This document shows, piece after piece, positions 57,201 to 64,000 of a stretch of 64,000 nucleotides of DNA. Location of the stretch: IMG/VR virus record IMGVR_UViG_3300020221_000005, positions 1 through 64,000 of that record; one strand, 5' to 3'. The notes beneath the pieces were generated by a model. It was not told the origin of the DNA. It saw only the letters and a list, made by a program, of their open reading frames with translations, and did not search any database. Position 1 is the stretch's first letter. The number at the start of each line of letters is the position of its first letter. The translations under genes and the position numbers were made by a program. The DNA comes from a virus.

Positions 57201-59151
57201 ATCAGGATCATATAATGAAAAATTTAATAGTTTAGGTGCAATTACGGCTTTTGGAAATCCAAACGAAAAAATAGATTTAATTTCAGAACTTAGTAACATA
57301 CCGATCGTTAGTAGAGAGGCCATTTTACAAGGGGTAATTTCTGAGAGTTTTGGTAACGTTGGTGATATAACCGATTTAGTTACAGAATTTGATTATAATG
57401 ATTTCTTTAGATTTACGGAGTTGCAACAATATTCACTCAGTAAGTTTTATGGTTGTTTGGATAAAATTACCATACAAAAAACCCCGATTTCAGACGAGAA
57501 CTTTTATACAAAATGTAAAAATTTTAATTCTTATTATCAGGGCCAACCGTCTTCGAGTTACGACGATATTTTGTTTAGATTTAATTTAGGCGTTCCGATA
57601 GATATTATTTCTGGTTCTTTTTTAGAAGACGGATATAAGGTAAATAATGTAAATCCACGTTATAATAACATATATGCAGCCGTTCATAATGTAGTGGGAA
57701 ATAATTATTACAATCGTTTTAATACGTCAAGTTGTGTAAGCGAATCATATTCTATATTTCCGCATCAGACTCGTGAATTTAATATTAGGAACGAATATTT
57801 TACAGCAGAAATAGGTCCTAGTAGATTCGAAAATGATAAAGTAAATAAAAGTGTGAGATATACATACGATGGCACTCTTTCTCCATTGAAATCTCAAACT
57901 TATAAAAATAAGAATGAATACTATGTAGATACTAATAAAATTGGGGTGTTTTTATCTCCCATTCATGAGCGAAATAAATCTATATTAGATTTTTTTGGAA
58001 ATTATGAAATTGTTTCTTCAATTTCAGATCCAAGAGAACGTTTTGGAAGAAAATATTTAGGGCTTGAGAAATTAAGAGAATATTATTATGGAGAAAATTA
58101 CATAAATAAAATTTTATTTAACGAATTATTTACAATTTATAAAACGTATGTTGACGGAAGTATTTTTGATACTCTTAAAAACTTATTACCCGCTAGAAAT
58201 AAAGTTTATACCGGGCTGTTAATAGAACCTACAATTTTAGAAAGAAATAGGATTGAAGAAAAACCTGTCAATATAACCAATTTACACGTTTTAACTGCCA
58301 GTATTCAATTATCTAATATCTTAGGTGACGTAGATAGTTCTACTATTAGTTATCTCACAAATTCTATTGTCGACTTAAAATTATATAAAAACAGTTTTGT
58401 GTTTGGTGATTATTCGTTTGAAGGATACAAATCTATAACTGATGTTCCTGATTTGTATATGAATAATATATTTGTCGACCATAATGGATTGGCTGACGTA
58501 GATGGAAAAAAATATTTTGCATATAGTAAAATTAATAAAAAAACTGTGACTTATTCTTCGGATAATATTACGTCTTCAAATGTTACTAAAGATTTTATTT
58601 CTGTAGAATTAATTAATAGCGGCAGTTCGTTTACAACATCTTCTGCACATAATATACTTTCTGATCTGCGAAATTTTCCACATATAAGTAGAAAAAATTT
58701 ATCGCTTAGAAAAGAACTGTATTATGTTACAGGCAGTCTTGCTGACGTAGATTTACCTCCGAGTTATTTCGGTAAAGGTAGACAAAATAGATTTACAACA
58801 ATTAATGAATCTGGAAACGATAACCGAGAACCAATAATTAGAATTGATACTAGCCAAGCGGTGATAGGAACTCCGATCACCTCTTCAATATCTAGATTAC
58901 AACTTCTACCTTGGTTTGGAAATCTAAGAAAACTACCGAGATTTGCTTCGCCATACCTTGGATCTGTAATAGACATAGAAACCAAAAATAGATTTAATAC
59001 GGCTAAATTGTATATATCGAGTGGAGAAATAATCTTAAACGGCTCTCAATTAATAAATGAAAATTCCACCACGACTATAAAACAATATACTAAATATAGA
59101 ATTCCAGAAGATTTTCAACCAAATGTGTTATTTGGTGGGAGAGGATTGTAA
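54208..59151 (+). CDS. large baseplate wedge protein (gp7/P2 gpI-like segment)
   Basis: IWKRILNNLPSIYKTKGT...IYGIP..VKEFGG; LLPAR..TGLLIEPTILER. Confidence 0.65.
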   Translation: MLSIITQSSDKINQISFLSLKDSELLSLSSSREYFFGEQDTDLISVGIFDSQKQLISSGEITGSSSNLKVYYDYEDVDGNIFKDYYFPIKSNLIQDLNKNILISIEDIIDSQSVTNNNFYLSITPTSPFFSQKNPLIIKEISNSRKEIKFIKNFADESVINDISVTFNGNQILLNGNQEIKIKKGTVYNLNFTNQDINIVRFSKTKDGKFFSGGSDYVKNILYKQSTKQIILDATEDIPNTLFVYNRNFKDNNAIIQFEGEVDSKIFKLNTEFLALEQKSFINKKLCSEFEYYLNSFSLSEIFSKTKDNYETEINSLKFLFSLVDDDGVMGILRSIYYGESYYDATLRKQKKLLGIKDYIINYLKFNYEFINTFDYTRTIFSNINNFTCNKRLLFFNPNVNISKQSKQQYVDSFRYVSTVMSEFLTYVINSIELQYLSKFKSPLKNTIKFKENELFFILNSKIQNDEFLVKLKDPIPDNYNAGDFCEISNNSYTPFFQIINFETDSIKSTIKLTRPNFNIDINEPSTRTIGSQYFNNNELKLNRIDNNKINADKKIKNINVDYTNFSNFVVFSSANLRIKIFQNKIIKETLLDEENQKLKSLDSSGSSVNDKFNVHKKIEDNNKEIDEIYSGFDGYESYLYNTNKFIYNSTLKKFTESKTNKSSSDFVDQLLNDSTYYDKNNRDSLINNTPEYVYLNENNDEYLKFLSMIGHTFDNIYLYISSIGIYKKVGEDYSTGISSDFINHILSSFGFDTPPNVSGILENASIEECYLDKFKKADLKNSISLDKKTKIIWKRILNNLPSIYKTKGTEECLRQIFSIYGIPNNMILVKEFGGGYTKNEISSSYLVDEKEYLLEFVGGDDEYVEIKNLTPYKSIDFKLFIDKEKYKNLNRLIVPIHGTFNDLGDPVYSLGFIKFTEKLGSLYFIIKNENFLPVVYITSPFYMFNGEVMNILLRKNEASKKFEHPIDENILPIQYDIVIHQNEFCVDPIDKKFSFYLSGSYNEKFNSLGAITAFGNPNEKIDLISELSNIPIVSREAILQGVISESFGNVGDITDLVTEFDYNDFFRFTELQQYSLSKFYGCLDKITIQKTPISDENFYTKCKNFNSYYQGQPSSSYDDILFRFNLGVPIDIISGSFLEDGYKVNNVNPRYNNIYAAVHNVVGNNYYNRFNTSSCVSESYSIFPHQTREFNIRNEYFTAEIGPSRFENDKVNKSVRYTYDGTLSPLKSQTYKNKNEYYVDTNKIGVFLSPIHERNKSILDFFGNYEIVSSISDPRERFGRKYLGLEKLREYYYGENYINKILFNELFTIYKTYVDGSIFDTLKNLLPARNKVYTGLLIEPTILERNRIEEKPVNITNLHVLTASIQLSNILGDVDSSTISYLTNSIVDLKLYKNSFVFGDYSFEGYKSITDVPDLYMNNIFVDHNGLADVDGKKYFAYSKINKKTVTYSSDNITSSNVTKDFISVELINSGSSFTTSSAHNILSDLRNFPHISRKNLSLRKELYYVTGSLADVDLPPSYFGKGRQNRFTTINESGNDNREPIIRIDTSQAVIGTPITSSISRLQLLPWFGNLRKLPRFASPYLGSVIDIETKNRFNTAKLYISSGEIILNGSQLINENSTTTIKQYTKYRIPEDFQPNVLFGGRGL

Positions 59152-59199
59152 ATAAAAAATAATAAAAAATAAAATTTTGAACTATTTATTAATTAAAAT

Positions 59200-59832
59200 A
59201 TGGCATACTTAGACAACAAATCCATCGTAGTTGATGCAGTTTTAACAAAAAAAGGTAGAGAACTTCTAGCCAAAAATGGAAGCTTACAAATAACATCGTT
59301 TGCATTAGCCGACGACGAAATAAATTATGGACTTTATAACGAAAACGCGGCATCCGAGGACCTAAAGGAGATTGCTCTAATAAACACTCCTATTTTTGAA
59401 CCTACGGTCGATGACACACAGACGATGAAATATAAGTTAGTTACCTTAGATCAGGGAACTACATTTATTCCTACTGTTACAATCGCACAATCTTCAATTA
59501 GTGTGGTATCTACATATAACGGTCGTATCGTAATATCGCCATCGACCACACCATCAAATTATAATGCTAATGGAGGATATACTGCGATATTGGGAAATTC
59601 TAAAGTTGGAACGTTGATTGTCACGATTGAAGCTCCCATAACCACCAACGTAGGTACAGTAACGGCGTTCGCTGGTGATCAATCTTCGGAAAATTCACAA
59701 GCTTTGGTAGGATTAGAATTTGCATTTACACCTTCTGCAAAATTATCACAGACCACCACTACCACACTAACTATCATAGGAAACGAAAGTGGCGGTGGTG
59801 TAAGTATTCCTGTAACTATAACCGTCGAATAA
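59200..59832 (+). CDS. baseplate/tail-fibre attachment protein
   Basis: DAVLTKKGRELLA..ITSFALADDE, resembling tail-collar (DUF3751) N-terminus. Confidence 0.65.
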   Translation: MAYLDNKSIVVDAVLTKKGRELLAKNGSLQITSFALADDEINYGLYNENAASEDLKEIALINTPIFEPTVDDTQTMKYKLVTLDQGTTFIPTVTIAQSSISVVSTYNGRIVISPSTTPSNYNANGGYTAILGNSKVGTLIVTIEAPITTNVGTVTAFAGDQSSENSQALVGLEFAFTPSAKLSQTTTTTLTIIGNESGGGVSIPVTITVE

Positions 59833-59836
59833 CTTT

Positions 59837-60928
59837 ATGGCAAATTTTAAAATTTATCAACCATTTGAATCGACTGACATAATTTCAGGAAAAACCACAG
59901 GAGTTTCTAGCGGTTATTTTCCTGGAGGTGACATTAGTATTTCACAGTCTTTTTTTCTAACTTCAAGTGCTCAGACAAAATTAATAGGTTCAAATGGTAG
60001 TTATGATGTGTTAAATGGATTGTATTATACTAATGTATATAATAACAGTATAAGTAATCCACAACTATTATTTTCGATTGCATATGGTTCTACAAGTGGC
60101 GGAGGAACAAGTACTGCCAACTCGGTATTTTCTAGTTCGGCCGCAATTTACAATCAATATAAAAACATATTATTAGGAATTTCAGATTTAGATGGAAAAT
60201 TTAGTTTTAAAACAGGTAGTATAGGTTCTTCTACTTTTATCACGAGTTCGGAAGTGTTTATAATTGCATTTAGTTCGGATTTGATGAAGGATCAAATTGA
60301 TAGAGGTCAGTGGTCGTTTACTATTTCAGGTTCTTTTGGTTCTAGTAGTTTATCTTTAATTGATGAATATCCTATTCTATCTTCAACGGAACAAAAGGAA
60401 CAACGGTTGGTATATCAAGTTATTACTGGAAGTTATAACGCAGCTACAGGACAGAATGGAACAATTTCTTCCCGCGAATATCATGGTTTGGGATTGTTTT
60501 ATCCTAAAAACGGAATCATTGTTTTAAACGCAAACAAATTAGCACAATACGCCGGTCATGTTTTTGATAACACGACCGCCTCATCGATAATAAATCATCA
60601 AGAACTATTCAAAAAATTAAAAGGCGCGACTAATTCTGTAATGCGTGTAAGAAAAACTGAGGCGGTCCCATCAACACACTATTTTATTAGAGTTAAAAAT
60701 CAAGACTATAATTTCTCAAATAATCCATCTTTTATTCATCAAACGACAGATGCAAATACTACAAAGGGAGATATAATTAATGGTCTCCAAACTGAGCCCA
60801 AGACTTTTGTGACTACGGTGGGTTTGTATAACGACCTGAATGAATTGGTTGCAGTAGCTAAATTAAGTAGACCAACGAAAAAAGACTTTACCACGGAATT
60901 GTTGATTAGAGTGAGATTAGATTTCTAA
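59837..60928 (+). CDS. baseplate/tail structural protein
   Basis: C-terminal TTVGLYNDLNELVAVAKLSRP..K..LIRVRLDF. Confidence 0.65.
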   Translation: MANFKIYQPFESTDIISGKTTGVSSGYFPGGDISISQSFFLTSSAQTKLIGSNGSYDVLNGLYYTNVYNNSISNPQLLFSIAYGSTSGGGTSTANSVFSSSAAIYNQYKNILLGISDLDGKFSFKTGSIGSSTFITSSEVFIIAFSSDLMKDQIDRGQWSFTISGSFGSSSLSLIDEYPILSSTEQKEQRLVYQVITGSYNAATGQNGTISSREYHGLGLFYPKNGIIVLNANKLAQYAGHVFDNTTASSIINHQELFKKLKGATNSVMRVRKTEAVPSTHYFIRVKNQDYNFSNNPSFIHQTTDANTTKGDIINGLQTEPKTFVTTVGLYNDLNELVAVAKLSRPTKKDFTTELLIRVRLDF

Positions 60929-60958
60929 AATTACAATTCGATTGATATTTATGGTAGA

Positions 60959-63900
60959 ATGATTAAAAGTCTAAATAAAGATGACATAAATTCAGTTCCA
61001 TTTGTTGTATCAAAAAGATGGAGAGCCACAAGCAAATCTAATATAAATTTATTGGGGGATGTGGATTTCGAGTATCTATTTACTGACGCCAATTTTGTTT
61101 CAGAGTCTAAAACTCATAAATTTATATCAGAATCTAAATCTTTTACAAATAAGTTTGTTGCTGAAAATACGGTTCAGTCAGTTGGTTTGCTTTCAACAAA
61201 GCCGTTTGCTATAGAATATCTTGATTATGGTGATGGTTGGCAATTTGGTTGCACTTCTTCTTTGGTCGCCGAACCAACATATTCAATAATAATGGAAGAT
61301 ACAAGTAGTGGTCAAGTGGATTTGCATGTGCAGGGATCTTCGGATTATTGGTTACTCGAATCATATGCAGATATAAGTAACAGCAAATCTCCATACAACG
61401 GACCTTCGTATAGATTTGATTTGGCTATGGATGTGCCGTTTACAAATTCTATATGTAATCTTTGTTTAGAACAAACGGAAGATAATTTTTTAACTATAGA
61501 AGATGGAATAAAGACTGAACAATTTATAAAATTCGATCCAGACATCGAGGTTCAAAATTTGAGTGATACATATAAAAGAATAATATACGATCAGACTAAA
61601 AATTTATTTTATAACGATTCTAAAGATCCAACTAAGTTATTGGGATTAGAAAATTTAGACGTGATTTTGGACGGAAAAAAAAGAGTTATATATGACAGAA
61701 TTAAAGTAGTAACTATCCCACAAGCTTATTTTGGTGATAAAATAATGGAAAATAGCGTGGAAATAATAGAAAATTCTAGCGATCAAACTTACACAGTAGT
61801 GGATGATGGCAAAGGCAATTTACATGTAAAAGAAAAAGTATTCGGCGTAATTACATCGGATCAAAATAAAGATATAAACCATTTTAATTCTTGTTCTTGT
61901 GTAAATTTTGATGGGGTCGAATTCTTTTTAAACGAAGATTCTGTGACGGAATTAAATTGGCAATATTACAAAAATAATATTCTTTTTGTCGATAGAAACT
62001 TCGCACACGATTTTTACATTTATGGATATGATACTACAAATAAAATAAAACCAAAAGAAGTAGAGTCTTATCTAATGTATATTGGAGATGCTGGTTTTGA
62101 CGTTGGCGGTGGAATACAACACAGCGAAAACTCTGATAGTGCTTCGGTTATGGCTATGGCTATACAAACCGATGACAAAGTGCTTATCGGCGGAAGATTC
62201 ACCAGTTACAACAATACACCAAGCTCTATTCTCGCTCGAATAAACATTGACGGTACTTTGGATGGACCCTTCAACAACAATCTTAATCTTTCCTTCAGAG
62301 GTAACGTATATAACTATGTTACATCTATTTTGATTTATCCGACGAGCAGTAATAATTCAGGCAAAATTCTTATCGGCGGCAATTTCATTTATTCCGGAAA
62401 GCAAGGAATTGTTCGAATTAACTCCAATGGTACGCTTGATGAGACATTCAACGGTGTAGGTGTTGGATTTAATAACGTAGTGACTGATATCGCATTACAG
62501 TCTGATGAAAAAATCATTGCGGTTGGGAGTTTCACCAGTTACAATGGTTACACCGTTCCTTCAATAGTTAGATTGAATAAAAATGGCGAAATCGACACCA
62601 CGTTTACATCTTCTGGCTACTGGACAAATCAACCCAATCCACCTACTCCAGCCTTGAATATTCTGAACAAGGTAATTGTCTATCCCACGGGAAATAATAC
62701 AGACAAAATTTTGATCGGTGGAGAGTTTATTGCTCTTACATCATCGGGCGGGCCTGTTAACCGCGATCGGTATCTTATACGACTCAAAAAAGACGGTGAG
62801 TTTGACAACGACTTCGGATATTACAACCACGCGGGTGGAATTAATGATATGGTATTATTACCAGATGAAAAAATAATTATTGCCGGCAGTTTCGGTTCTA
62901 ATCCACACGGAATTCAACGACTTAAACCGCCGACGACGAACATAACGGTTAGCCGTGATGAAACCTTTAACATTCCACCGACACAGACTGGCACTGAAGC
63001 TTATCCTTCAAGATCATTTTCTGTTGCTTTACAGTCGGACGGTAAAATACTTCTCGGCGGCATTTTCAATAGATATGATAACACACCAGAACAACATAGT
63101 ATCCTTCGTCTAAACTCTGATGGTGAGCTCGACACTACCTTTAGGAGCGGGTTGCCGCTCGCCGAGGGGCTGCTTAAAGCTGTTGATTCCATCAAACCAC
63201 TGTCAGATGGTAGAATAATGATAGGCGGAAAGTTTTCCACATATGATGGTCAGAGTGTCAATAATATTGCTCGGCTTAATAACAACGGAAGGCTTCAAAC
63301 TACGCAGTCGGTTTCGTTAACTAAAATACCTCACGATGAACTTTTGGGTAATTTTAGAAAAATAGAGTGTGGAGATAATTTTGCCGCAATTTTAAAAACA
63401 AACGGTCAGTTAGTTGTTTGGGGAGAAAGTGAGGTGTCTAAATCTGTTCCAATTTTTGGTGGCCTACTTATTGATATATCGGCGGGAGATCATCATATGA
63501 TTGCTTTAGATGAAAACGGTAAAGTTTATGTTTGGGGAAATTCGTTGTATACTGGTTCTATACCAACTTTTGTCGATAATAATTACTCTTATATAAAAGC
63601 AGGTCCAAGTGGAAGTGTGATTATTCATAAAAACGGATCAATTTATGGATTTGGACACAACAGTTTAACAAGTTCATTTTTTACCGCATCAAAAATTCCA
63701 CAAAAATCTAATGTTAAAAAAATATCATTTGGAAAATCGCATGGAATGATTTTAGATAATGATGGTAATTTGTATTCTTGGGGGGCGAACGATACATACA
63801 GTCAATCAAAAATTCCAAATTTAGAAAATGTCAACATATCGGATGTTCAATGTGGAGATGATCATACTATTATTTTAAAAAATAATGGTGAGTGTGTGGC

Positions 63901-64000
63901 GTGGGGAAAAAATGATTATTCACAATCTTTTATACCGTTTGGACAAAATATTAATTCGTCGTGGTCTAATCCTCCTCCGCCAACGTCGGTCGCGACAAAG
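60959..64000 (+). CDS. large virion protein with delta-60 and RCC1 beta-propeller repeats (runs off window; not in track)
   Basis: MIKSLNKDDI start; same-frame IQTDDKVLIGG, LQSDGKILLGG (62100-63300) and AGDHHMIALDENGKVYVWG, CGDDHTIILKNNGECVAWG (63360-63920). Confidence 0.75.
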   Translation, partial: MIKSLNKDDINSVPFVVSKRWRATSKSNINLLGDVDFEYLFTDANFVSESKTHKFISESKSFTNKFVAENTVQSVGLLSTKPFAIEYLDYGDGWQFGCTSSLVAEPTYSIIMEDTSSGQVDLHVQGSSDYWLLESYADISNSKSPYNGPSYRFDLAMDVPFTNSICNLCLEQTEDNFLTIEDGIKTEQFIKFDPDIEVQNLSDTYKRIIYDQTKNLFYNDSKDPTKLLGLENLDVILDGKKRVIYDRIKVVTIPQAYFGDKIMENSVEIIENSSDQTYTVVDDGKGNLHVKEKVFGVITSDQNKDINHFNSCSCVNFDGVEFFLNEDSVTELNWQYYKNNILFVDRNFAHDFYIYGYDTTNKIKPKEVESYLMYIGDAGFDVGGGIQHSENSDSASVMAMAIQTDDKVLIGGRFTSYNNTPSSILARINIDGTLDGPFNNNLNLSFRGNVYNYVTSILIYPTSSNNSGKILIGGNFIYSGKQGIVRINSNGTLDETFNGVGVGFNNVVTDIALQSDEKIIAVGSFTSYNGYTVPSIVRLNKNGEIDTTFTSSGYWTNQPNPPTPALNILNKVIVYPTGNNTDKILIGGEFIALTSSGGPVNRDRYLIRLKKDGEFDNDFGYYNHAGGINDMVLLPDEKIIIAGSFGSNPHGIQRLKPPTTNITVSRDETFNIPPTQTGTEAYPSRSFSVALQSDGKILLGGIFNRYDNTPEQHSILRLNSDGELDTTFRSGLPLAEGLLKAVDSIKPLSDGRIMIGGKFSTYDGQSVNNIARLNNNGRLQTTQSVSLTKIPHDELLGNFRKIECGDNFAAILKTNGQLVVWGESEVSKSVPIFGGLLIDISAGDHHMIALDENGKVYVWGNSLYTGSIPTFVDNNYSYIKAGPSGSVIIHKNGSIYGFGHNSLTSSFFTASKIPQKSNVKKISFGKSHGMILDNDGNLYSWGANDTYSQSKIPNLENVNISDVQCGDDHTIILKNNGECVAWGKNDYSQSFIPFGQNINSSWSNPPPPTSVATK

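Larger units (their letters stand above)
38609..60952 (+). promoter_or_regulatory. recurrent TATTTAT motif 5-25 nt upstream of start codons (putative late promoter)
   Basis: 38609, 39657, 42993, 45953, 48950, 59183, 60946; also 10459, 36943, 21624, 977(-); variant TACTTAT 52444. Confidence 0.65.

Overview
AT-rich segment of a large myovirus-type dsDNA phage, standard genetic code. (i) 1-2600: the 3' end of a GC-rich DUF1552-like gene, one minus-strand gene, and a non-coding tract with a C-to-G skew flip, a duplicated G-run palindrome and a 19-bp tandem array. (ii) 2600-35300: an early/host-takeover region. It has more than 35 near-consensus sigma70 promoters, mostly with a 16-bp spacer, many driving near-leaderless small genes. 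It also holds rIIA/rIIB, an SF2 helicase, a DUF6745 module, eight tRNAs (several atypical), a complete GC-rich DUF1552 gene and several promoter-driven structured non-coding RNAs. (iii) ~35650: a second abrupt skew flip. (iv) 36100-64000: outer-membrane beta-barrel, tmRNA, PhoH, HD protein, Hsp20, a gp55-like sigma factor, a GIY-YIG endonuclease and a baseplate/tail-fibre module, with a recurrent TATTTAT upstream motif. The most notable elements are a complete minimal HDV-like (theta-type) ribozyme fold starting exactly at the tmRNA discriminator base, a six-copy covarying small RNA family with a promoter per copy, and a promoter-driven double-pseudoknot RNA. All family assignments come from motif recognition by eye; no searches or folding programs were run.
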